Positions 24,893 to 35,729 of a stretch of 64,000 bases of DNA are shown here, piece after piece. The notes under the pieces were generated by a model, which saw nothing but the letters and a program-made list of their open reading frames with translations, was not told the DNA's origin and did not search any database. The first letter of the stretch is position 1. Each line of letters begins with the position of its first letter. This DNA is from Hormiphora californensis (lineage: Eukaryota > Animalia > Ctenophora): assembly GCA_020137815.1 (NCBI GenBank), contig CM035353.1:3038001-3102000 (forward strand), written 5' to 3'. Both the position numbers and the translations under genes were made by a program.

Positions 24893-27800
24893 ATGGATTT
24901 CTGCAAGGTAATCGCGGGTACGAGGTCCTTATTTTGGTACAGCTATTATATTTTCGCCATTATACATGTTTATTCGCAGGAAAACCCGTTTGTTATAACT
25001 GCTGTTGATAAAGTATTTGGTGGGCTTTGTGTCGTCTTTGCATTCATGGGGATCTTGGGAAACGTTGCAGCCGGTAATGAATTGCAGAATTTCAGTAGGA
25101 TATATAGTTTCAGCTAGTTGTATCCCATTAGTATTCGCGGTGGTAAATACTATATTATCCATTCGACAGTCCATTTCTTATGTGACTATTCAATTCTTCT
25201 ATTCTTCAGTTACGTACATTAAAAGCTCGGCTAAAAGCAGCATCACACTAACGATATTCTTCCACCTCGCCATCACAGACCTCTGTACATCCATTTTCTC
25301 AACACCCCTATCAGGTATGTGTATCTTTCAGCTGCCAATACTCTGACATATTCGAAGCTCTTACGGTTTTGAACCGCACGAGCGGCTTAAAACCGTAAGA
25401 GCTTCCACTAACGGTGTATCATTTCGTAGGTTCACACTCCATAATTCACAGTAAACAGTCGTGGACAGTCTATGAAACACAGTCCATGACAGTCAAAAGT
25501 TCACAATTCAATCAACATTCCAAAACAGTCCTACTTTGTTGATAACCTTATTGAGTCCCACCCCTTACTCAACGAGTCCTACCCTTACAAATGATCCTCG
25601 AGCATCAAGGCATATGTGATTGTATACTTCCTCATATAGTTACTGCAGTTTCTAAACACCTGATTCTATAGCGGTTATATATCTGAACGATCACAAAGTT
25701 CCCTGTATCGACCCAACTCTATGGATTCTAATTTGCAACATAACAGGTATAACATAACAGGGTGCCGTTAAATCGGGGTCCGACTGTATGTGGTAACCAA
25801 ATTCTCTTCACAGATCTGTTCCCATTTATGTTGTACTTATTTTAACTATTTTAGGTCTCGCCCATTCATTACGCAGAACGCGTGAAGCGCACAGAACTGG
25901 TCCGTCCTCAGATATGTTTTACAAGTGGGACAACTGTCCGCTTGGTGCGTGGGGGGGATGTCACAACTCCAGGCGGCCAGTGGGAGAAAGTCGGGGTGTG
26001 GTCGCAACCCTGGCCACTCAGTAGAAAACCACAGGGGGTGGGACTGCGGCACGGGGTTCAATCAGTACAGCTTGGGGCAGCACCGGCTGACGGCTTAGAG
26101 CAGGAACGGGGAGAGTAGGAGGAGGGGGGAAGGAGGAAAGGAGCAGGGAAGGGCCGGGCCCAGCCCAAAACTGCGGCGCCGGGTGGAGTGGGACCCGTGG
26201 GTGGCATCAGCGGGTCGCCGCTCTTGTATTCTCTGTCCTGTACACACTGTCAGAGTGTCACAAGGCCAGTGCACTGCAGAGACCTGGGCGATGGAGTACG
26301 AAGTCCACCGTGAGAAACTGTGCTGAACCACAGATGGCTTCTCTTGGTGGACGCGTGTTCGCAGTAGTTCACGAACGCAAGGTCAGAGCTGAGGGTCGTG
26401 CACCCTCGTGCGGCCGACCTGACCATCGTGTGCCCTAAAAATCACGAGTGGCTATTCTGTGTGTAATGTAGGAGGACAGCGACCGGTCAGCACTGTGCTC
26501 TCACTCTTATGGGGTCCGGTACCGTGGTCACAGCGTGTCAGGTACATACAGGGGGACCCATCGTTTTCTATCTTGTTAACGTAAAATGATGTTTTAGGTT
26601 TCCTGTCCCTGGCATGGGGACTATCCGTTGTTATATCCCTAACTCCCTTCTACTTCGGAAAGTCCTACTCCTACAAACAATTCATTCCAACTTGCTACTT
26701 TGATGAAGGTATCACACATTCTCTCGGCATGATTTCTTTTTGGTTGACCAGCTGTGTATACACAGAACCCGGGGGTTTATTGATTTCATTCCTTGCGGTG
26801 ACAAGTCCCAACTTTCATAGAAAATAGAGTGACGCGATCATAACATATACCTAATATATCCGTGCTTTTAAGGTCAATTGGTAGCCAACTCCAGTACAGC
26901 AACAACAGGAACGATTTACGCTCTGACCTCACTTCTCCCATTCTTCATTCCTGGAATACTAGTCATGGGGTGTACTGTGGCAGTGCTTGTGTCTTTAAGG
27001 TAATTACTGTACTGTTGCAGTGTTTGTGTATATAAAAAAAAAGCAAAGCAAGGCGACTAGGATAAATCCAATGTCGGGGTGCTGATATCCCTTTCTATGG
27101 CGTTTCAGCCACGGTCCTTTCGGTACAGATTTCTCTGCAGCATAGCCGGGCGCCACCCCACTGCAACAACAATTAGATTGTGTTGTTCTAGTGTATGCAC
27201 TCGTGTCACTTTATTTCGGGTCTCTCAAGAGAGCCCCTACCAATCATAGCTTGGTGGACTAGACGACATGCACTAGACCAGGATCGAACCCGGGACCTAG
27301 TGCGTGGGAGTTGAGTGTACTAGCCACTACACCACCCTGTGTATATGTAATACGGTAATTACTGAGATCGAGGCAGAACAAAGTTACAACAGAAAAGGGA
27401 ATACTTGAGTTACGTGATCCCACTTATGTATTATTAGGAATGAAGCAAAGCGTGCGATAACTTTCTACACAGATGAAACCTGTCAGACTGTGGGGTGCTC
27501 GTTAGACCAACAAACAAAACGGGACCAACTACAAACTAAGAAATCTGCAGCTGTTACAACTGGTAAACAATAGCTGAACAATAATCAAGCAGATGCTGAT
27601 AACTGCTGGCAAGGAAATCAGAGCCAGATCCGAAAATATTTGATATAAAAATATAATTTTTGCACAGATTCGCGTGGGCGATATAATTGCACGTATCACA
27701 CTATTTCCAGGGATTATTCTACTTCTGTTTGTGATATGCTACCTACCGTGGTGGACTAACTCCCTCTCATTCTTTCTAGTCATTATCAAGGTAACCTACA

Positions 27801-28462
27801 TGATTGTTTGGTGGCGCCGTCACCTCTGATCTACGTGGGCTTCGTTTTGGCGGGCTACGCGCACGAGTTGTAAAGTACCTATACCTTGCCAGCTGCACTC
27901 ATTACTATCCTATCAAAACCCTACCAAAATTTAGATCGACGTGCACATTATATGTGAATCAATCGACAAACGGATTAATAAAAAGTTGATTAGTGAATTG
28001 TGATGTATTGTCTATTTCTCTAGGCGATACCAGAAGATACATTTCCCCGTGTGTTTACGGTGAAAGGGTGGTCGTACATTCTCTCCCTTAAAGTCCTTAT
28101 TATGGTGTACTTCAATAGTGCTGTCAATCCAATAATCTACTATACCAGGTTTGGAAGCAGAACCACATGCAGCTGAAACGTTGTAGGTACCTAATGATCA
28201 AATCAAGGAGTGCTACTACATTCCGCTCACAGAGTAAATGATACATTGTACAATACATATGATACAATGTTAGTAACATTTCAGGGTATTCACGCGAGGT
28301 ATAAAGAAACACCAGGTACGACAGAAGATCAGCAGGGCCATGATGGTAAACCGAAAAGAGATGTACTTTAGTGAACACCCCTCCGTCAGCAACATCTCTC
28401 ACGCTAACACAATAGGTTTGCAATACATGTCGCTGAAAGGGGGCATTTGGATGCGATTATAG
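24893..28462 (+). CDS. Multi-exon rhodopsin-class GPCR, orphan; TM3 region possibly disrupted
   Basis: Exons 24893-24907, 24980-25073 (GILGN), 25210-25314 (LAITD), 25672-25746 (ICNIT), 25814-~25854 plus ~26490-26541, 26598-26708 (AWGLSVVISLTP, PTCY), 26873-26999 (FFIP), 27473-27562, 27711-27790 (CYLP), 28024-28148 (NSAVNPIIY), 28285-28462; a small ICL3 exon near 27370 is uncertain. Confidence 0.82.
27034..27337 (-). mobile_element. tRNA-derived SINE in GPCR intron
   Basis: On - strand the head has A box TGGTGTAGTGG and B box GGTTCGATCC; T-rich tail; TSD TGTGTATAT at 27025-27033 and 27338-27346. Confidence 0.85.
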
Positions 28463-28798
28463 TGCATGGAGCCTCCATGACCATGCGCTATAATCCATTG
28501 GAGTAACACAATATACCCGGCGACACTCTAAGGGGGACTCTACTCGGGGGGTCACAAACATCACCGTTCTAGAGTTAGCACCACCGCGCCGTCCCCCTAA
28601 GTACCCATTTTCCCATTCAAATTTATCACAAACAATATCCCACAGGTACTAGGAGTAATGGCCGTCAAGTAGTTAGTCCGCTGCAACTATTGGGACTTGC
28701 CTCCTCCTCCCCTCGTCCCACTATTCATAGCCTCCTGTATATGAGGCAGGGTACTGTGGAGACGACAGTGTTCTCTAACCCGGCATCACATGCAGGTA

Positions 28799-28970
28799 CA
28801 GTCGGACCCCGATTTACCGGGCCCCGATTTACCGGAACCCCGATTTACCGGGAGGATAAACTTCCCCCGATATGGGAAAATAACGGTATTTGACCCCGAT
28901 ATACCGGGCACCCCGATTTACCGGGCAAAACCCTTTCCCCCGAGCATCCCGGTAAATCGGGGTCCGACTG
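28799..28970. mobile_element. Tc1/mariner-pogo-type MITE
   Basis: TA|CAGTCGGACCCCGATTTACC...GGTAAATCGGGGTCCGACTG|TA; partial relatives near 25765, 42500-42620, 62815, 63280. Confidence 0.88.
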
Positions 28971-29633
28971 TATAGGTTAATCCGATCCTTAATACAACGA
29001 GGTAGGTGCAATGAGGTAGGTTTTAAACAATCTGATGATCAGCCATATATAATGTATTGCGGGTATTACCGCAGCTAATTGTAACTAATTTCCGCAATAA
29101 AGTTCTGTAATACTGACATTCTGCAGGTATAATTCCTGAATTAGAAGAGGAACCAAGTTGTACCTCGAAACCAACCTTTGAGAGAGAACCCGCCGTGGTG
29201 GTGGAGAGATCAGTACCCGCCGTGGTGGAGAGATCAGTACCCGTCGAACGAGGCCGGCCGTGTCGACACTGCAAACGCAGTCTCTCAGTTGGAGACAGGG
29301 CAATGTTTTTGGAGTTGAGAACCTCCCCGAGGACAAGAAGCCATATAGTGCTAGAACTTTAGACAGCTGTAGAAAGAAACATAGTGCACGTGGAGGCGCC
29401 CGTTTTGACAGTGCGCTAGTCAAATCGGTTCGGCACCACCAGCCATGTGATTTGAAGGGGTTGATTTGTGAGAGGAAGTCACGTGTACTGAGAAGAACAA
29501 GAAAACTCTCGTCTGTAGTATCGACTGAGGTTGCAACTATAGTTGTTGCTCAGGAGTTTTAAGCTTTATCAATGAGATTATACCAACCAATCATGATTAG
29601 AGAGCTGATCTACCATAACAAAACATGTTGTAT

Positions 29634-30163
29634 GATGGAGGGGGGGCAAGGCCAAAAAACCCTGGATTTTAGGGCGGGTTTGGCTTATATTATTTTTTGG
29701 CCCTACTTTTTTGGTCATTTTGGCATGTAATTTTGACATTATATGGTCTGTATGACATTAAAAACACTTTAAAATGGCTTCTTTGATTCGTTTTGTTCAA
29801 ACCTTTTTATTTTATTTTAGGAGGGAGGGTCGAACAAGGCAATCTTTGATCTAGATTTTACCATTTTATATCGATAGGTAAAAAATTATAAAAAAAAGTT
29901 TGATATGAAAAAACCAAATCAAAAAAGGCCAAAAAAGCCAGATCAAAAAAAGCCAGATCAAAAAAGCCAGATCAAAAAAAGCCAGATCAAAAAAGCCAGA
30001 TCAAAACTGCCAAATCATGAAAAGCCAGATCAAAAAAGCCAAAAAAGCCAGATCAAAAAAGCCAGATCAAAAAAAGCCAGATCAAAAAAAGCCAGATCAA
30101 AAAAGCCAGACCCGGATTTCAGGGTGGATTTGGATTTTTTGGCCTGCCCCCCCCCCCCCCATG
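29634..30163. mobile_element. Non-autonomous TIR element with internal (AAAAAGCCAGATC)n array
   Basis: Ends ATGG(G)nC(A)AGGCCAAAAAA / TTTTTTGGCCTG(C)nCATG; ~13-14 bp tandem repeat 29905-30110. Confidence 0.6.
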
Positions 30164-30215
30164 ATTTCAATTCAACATTGATATGTATTTAGTTTCCTGT
30201 CCCAAAAAAGCCGTA

Positions 30216-30631
30216 CAGTCCTGTCGACACTCCAAATCTCCAAATTTCAAATTTTCGGTAGACAAGGTAAATTGAAACTACTGGGGAGGGTTGGCACTTC
30301 TCATAGCCCACCTGGCCTGGGCACTGGGCAGCCACCAGATGCCCAAAAAGGTCGAAAAAAATCAATTTTCGATTTGAGGAAAACGACCGGCACCACGAGA
30401 TTTCTCGTCAAATTTTAAGGCGCACAGGTGGGTTTGTAGCTCACCAATTCAAACCAGTGCGGAGAAATGCGTGATTCACTTTATGCTTGTTTGGTCGCTC
30501 TTCGCACTGGTTTGAATTGGTGGGCTATGAGAAGTGCCAACCCTCCCCAGCAGTTTCAATTTACCTAGTCTAAACATTTGAACCGAAAATTTGAAATTCG
30601 GATATATGAAGTCTAGATGTCGACAGGACTG
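30216..30631. mobile_element. MITE with ~95-bp imperfect inverted arms
   Basis: CAGTCCTGTCGACA...GGCACTTCTCATAGCCCACC vs GGTGGGCTATGAGAAGTGCC...TGTCGACAGGACTG. Confidence 0.7.
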
Positions 30632-30687
30632 GTAGGGATACTTATTTGATAAATTATTACTTGGTAGTGGAGATGGTCGCAATTTAA

Positions 30688-30760
30688 GGCCAGAGGGGGG
30701 GGGGGGTCGACGGGTCTAAAAAGTCACTTCGAGCCGGACCAGATGGAATAGTTGGAATCG
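30688..30760. mobile_element. Orphan Kolobok-family terminus
   Basis: TTAA|GGCCAGAG(G)nTC...AAAAAGTCACTT...CGAGCCGGACCAGAT matches the end at 48385. Confidence 0.75.
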
Positions 30761-31550
30761 CTTTAGTGAACACCTTGGGCTCTTCGACGAAACGTTAAGC
30801 ACACTTAATAAATAAGCTCTCTTTAGAGTTACACAAGGAAAATTTTTCAGACTTGTCTCGAGAGGGGTGTCGTCGAACGCTTTCCAAAACCTCACTTTAG
30901 GTCCTTGGTGTGAACCACGTGTATACCACGTGAAGCCCCGGATCACCCCTCGTGTATGGGTATAGAAAACCAATCAGGGGATCGAAACTGGACACGTGAT
31001 AGGATTTCCATTACATGGGTTTACACAGGCGTCAATTTGGTCACCGTGTAGGGTTCACCAGCCAATAGTGTTAGCGAGATATCACACCAGATTGGGGGTG
31101 AAGAAGAAGTTTGACTTCCATTTCTCAAGATTCAAGAAATTTGAAATATTCAAAACTCTGTGTACTCTTACAGTAGCTGGCAATGAATGTTATAGCGGAC
31201 AAATAGAAATCTAACATTGATTGTTCATTATGAAAAATCAATAAACCTATACACTCATGACTACAACTCCGTCCCTCTAGAAAACGCCAATACCACCACC
31301 AGCTCTCTCACTCCTTGGACTAGAGAATACCTGCCAATTGCCATTCATTATCCTGTATTTCCCTGATCTTCGCTGTATCCGTAGCTTTTAGATAAATAAG
31401 CTCTAGCAAAGCAGGAAGAGATAGTGTTAGCCCAATTCATTATCCTGTATTTCCCTGATCTTCGCTGTATCCGTAGCTTTTAGATAAATAAGCTCTAGCA
31501 AAGCAGGAAGAGATAGTGTTAGCCCAACAAAACACGTTCTACAGATACAT

Positions 31551-33130
31551 TTGGTGACATTGACACCTAGTGCGTGCGAGATCGAGGTCGCACAGCGACC
31601 GAGATCGAGCTCGCACAGACGGCAATGGCGCCAACAGAGGCAATTTCTGATTTGCCGCATACGGCGTCTAGACGGCGTCGCAACGCCGTCTAGACGGCGT
31701 CTAGACGGTATACCGTCTGGACGGGTTTCGGTGAAATCAGCTAAAAACGGTACCGAAATTGCTTGAGACGGGTTATAGACGGTATCAGACGGTCTCTAGA
31801 CGGGTTATAGACGGTATCAGACGGTGTTGCGACGGTATCAGACGGTCTCTAGACGGTGTCTAGACGGTACCGTCCCGGCGTCTGGACGGCGTCTGGACGG
31901 TGTCTAGACGGTATCCGTCCGAAGTTGAGACGGCACGTCTGAAAATTGTACCAGACGTTGAGACGGACTTTTAGAACTCCGTCTGTATTTCAGACGGAGT
32001 TTTAAAAGTACGTCTCAACGCAGTCTAAAGGAAAATCGATGAAAGTACCGTCTAGACAACGTCTCAACTGAAACCGGTCAACATACCGTCTAAACAACGT
32101 CTAGACAACGTCTAAACAGAATCTCGCGATTCAGTTTCAAATACCGTCTAGACAACTTCTCCAGCAATTTCGATAAGAATACCGTCTAAACAACGTCTAG
32201 ACAACGTCTCAAATAATGATGTCTAGACTCGACCGTTTTCGAAGACCATTCTGGATTACCCATGCCAGTTGGAATTAGTGGTAGATGTGTGCCTATTGAA
32301 TGAAAATTACACATGTGTTTAACCAGCACAGTCGTACCGCGATGCTCGGGGACGGGAAAGGGGTTATCCTCCCGGTAATTTTCGTACCCAACTTCAAATA
32401 AATCGAGGTCCAACTGTACATCATTTTCATTATCAAAAAGGCACACATTCATTGTAATACAACTGTGAGATACTGTCTATGGCTGATACTATCAGTGATA
32501 GATAGTGTCGGTTATGAGACGTTGTTTAGACGGTATCTGTATCGGATTCGCTTAAGACGTTGTCTAGACGTTGTTTAGACGGTATTCGTATCGAAATTGC
32601 TGGAGAAGTTGTCTAGACGGTATTTGAAACTGAATCGCGAGATTCTGTTTAGACGTTGTCTAGACGTTGTTTAGACGGTATGTTGACCGGTTTCAGTTGA
32701 GACGTTGTCTAGACGGTACTTTCATCGATTTTCCTTTAGACTGCGTTGAGACGTACTTTTAAAACTCCGTCTGAAATACAGACGGAGTTCTAAAAGTCCG
32801 TCTCAACGTCTGGTACAATTTTCAGACGTGCCGTCTCAACTTCGGACGGATACCGTCTAGACACCGTCCAGACGCCGTCCAGACGCCGGGACGGTACCGT
32901 CTAGACACCGTCTAGAGACCGTCTGATACCGTCGCAACACCGTCTGATACCGTCTATAACCCGTCTAGAGACCGTCTGATACCGTCTATAACCCGTCTCA
33001 AGCAATTTCGGTACCGTTTTTAGCTGATTTCACCGAAACCCGTCCAGACGGTATACCGTCTAGACGTCGTCTAGACGGCGTTGCGACGCCGTCTAGACGC
33101 CGTATGCGGCAAATCAGAAATTGCCGCCAA
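31551..33130. mobile_element. 1580-bp composite foldback, TTGG...CCAA ends, 9-bp TSD
   Basis: TSD CAGATACAT at 31542-31550 and 33131-33139; ~570-bp near-perfect inverted arms rich in GTCTAGAC. Confidence 0.88.
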
Positions 33131-33301
33131 CAGATACATATGTGTTTTTTTTTGTGTTTCGACAGCCATCTATAATACACTAGTCCCAAGAGTGTACCTT
33201 TGTTTCGTGACATGCATGAATTCAAACAATCATCTGTATATTCGGCATGCATAATGCTTGACTATATGCACGATATTATATGCATGACTATAATACACAT
33301 T

Positions 33302-35015
33302 TCTATTATAAGTTGGAGATGAACGTCGAAGTCGAAGTCGTTCGTTCAGTGCGTTGTTAGGAGACGGTGCTCGTTCATAAAACACTTGATATGACCAAAG
33401 CTGTAAAGCTGCTGTTCACACTTTTGGAACTTCCAATGGAAGTTTCTTAATATTTCGAATGGCTTTTAACAGGCCAGTCCCCATATTTGCCATGGCAACC
33501 GTGTTATTTGCGTTAAAAGGGCGAAAAGAATCACCCGGCTCCGCCGGGTGGGTTATCAAAAAGACCTTACTTGAGGCGCACCCAATGGGTGCGCTAGTCT
33601 ATATTTCTATATTATAATTTGGAAATGAACGTCGAAGTGGTCGTTCGTTCAGTGCGTTTCTACGCGACAGTGCTCCTTCATCAAAACACTTTATATGTGC
33701 CCAAAGCTGTAAAGCTGTCATTCACACTTTTGGAACTTCCAGTGGAAGTTTGTTGATATTTTCGAATGAATTTCAACAATTCAGTCCCCATACCCTAGTC
33801 AGAATATAATATGTATTTTTTCCCCGCCCGGGTGAATGCCGAAGGCATTCACCCGGATGCCTTTTGCAAAAAGGCATAGGGGTTTAGAATTTGACAAGTT
33901 TACATACTAGTGAAGTGTCACGCTTTTTTTGTCCCGTGACGTAACCCATCCATAGCAACCATCCAGTGCGGAGTGCTCAAAATATCATTTGAAATACTTC
34001 ACACACGCTCTAATTCAAATTGCCCACGAAGGCGACGCCCGCAAAGTTATTACAGTGCTGAAATGACGCACTTTCATTAGAACGCGCAGCCCGGCGCCGC
34101 GCGCCCCTTCCTGTTTGCAATTCATATAACGTTCATCGTTCGTCATGTGTTCGTCATTACAATTGCGCTCTGGTATTGTCATTGATTACATGAGGTGAGA
34201 GGTCAGTTGAGTGGAGATCACATAGACTAGAAAAGGAGCCTAATTAGGCAGCTCATCACCTGCACTGTTCTGTCTCACCTTTCAGAATCTCATTAGGTCA
34301 TGGCCGGTGATGGGATGTCACATGCCAATGGCGGGGAAATACAGCACTATGGATACATAGTGCAAATCTTCTTGTTTTCGATAATACGTATTAAATACGG
34401 GCGTGAATACGTATTTAATACGTATTAAATACGTATGTTACCACTCCAGTTGCCATGGCAACCGTGTTATTGATGTTGGAAAGGGACGAAAAGAACCACC
34501 CGGTGAAGCCAGGTGGGTTATCAAAAAACCCTTACTTGAGGCGCAACCAATGGGTGCGCTAGTACTGTATATATATATATAGTCTAATAGACGGCCCGGC
34601 ATTGACCGATTCGACAGCCATGTCTCCAAACTTTTATACCGTTATCTCGTCGAAGCCGTTCATTCAGTGCTCCTTCATCAACACATTTATGTGAAAAAAC
34701 GGTTAAGCTGTTACTCACACTTTTGAGATTATGTGAACATTTTCGAACAAATTTTAGCGGTTCAGTCCCCATAGTTACCATTTCAGTTGCCATGGCAACC
34801 ATATGATGTTGGCGTTAAATATGTGAATAAAGAGCGCCACAGAGTGTCTTCAACAGCCCATTGGTGACATTGACACCTAGTGCACGTGCGAGATCGAGTG
34901 TGTGAGCTCAATCTTGGTCGCACACGGTGTCTATGTCACCAAAACAGCCCATACATGAGGCGCACTGAGTGGGACCCACTAGACTGAGTGGGACCCACTG
35001 AGTGGGTGCACTAGT
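33302..35015 (+). mobile_element. Cluster of related non-autonomous Helitrons, partly nested or truncated
   Basis: 5' TCTA(T)ATTATA starts (33302, ~33607, ~34583); 3' hairpin GCGCACCCAATGGGTGCGC followed by CTAG|T (33597, 34563, ~35014). Confidence 0.7.
34861..34942. mobile_element. 82-bp TTGG...CCAA MITE, 9-bp TSD
   Basis: TIR TTGGTGACATWGACACC; TSD AACAGCCCA at 34852-34860 and 34943-34951. Confidence 0.9.
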
Positions 35016-35383
35016 AACTATTATAGATTGACATTGTACACTGATATACAGCTGCTGCTCCAGTGATGTCATGATGTTGCAACTGCACATTGGGATGTTC
35101 TAGGGACTAATTTCCGTGTTTTGAATTTTTTAAATTCAATTTGCTGGCCCTGTCAAGTTTAAGCTCTCATGATAATCGGAGGTGTGCTTTCCAAATAAAA
35201 TGGCTCAAAAACAGCTCAAAAAAGGTTAAAATTTCTTTACAGCACTTCCAAAAAACACATCCGATCACCCTAGAACTTTGGAATTGACATATTATCATAT
35301 ACCCAAAAAATCAATTTAGCAAAGTCTCAGCACCAGCAAAAAATTCCTTCTGGTAGTTTTGATGCCAAAAACACACTTCCAGG

Positions 35384-35492
35384 CAGGAACCGACCGAATC
35401 AGGAAATACTGGTTCCTGATTGGCTGATAACCAGTCACGTGACCTAAATAACGAGCTCTGATTGGTTGTTAACTTGGTTCGGTCGGTTCCTG
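35384..35492. mobile_element. 109-bp hAT-type MITE
   Basis: TIR CAGGAACCGACCGAA; 8-bp TSD CTTCCAGG at 35376-35383 and 35493-35500. Confidence 0.92.
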
Positions 35493-35729
35493 CTTCCAGG
35501 TATATTAGAGCTCTGTCCTCCGAAGACACTGCACAAGTGCAGGAACCTTGAATGAGGGTATAGAAAAGTCCATATAAGCTAATTTTGTCAACTTTTTTCT
35601 GGGTGAAGCCCAACGCTTGTAAAGGATCCCACATGAACACCCTGTACTTTTACGGAAAAACCGTTATCTAGCAAAGTTAGCAAGTTATAAGTAACTTTGA
35701 CAGTCAGTTCGGTAATACTGAATTAGATA

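Noticed and set aside
27275-27337. Functional tRNA gene
   Set aside because: Only A and B boxes; followed by an unrelated body, a tail and a TSD, so it is a SINE
28024-28148. Opsin
   Set aside because: The position equivalent to rhodopsin K296 (6 before the N of NPxxY) is Tyr
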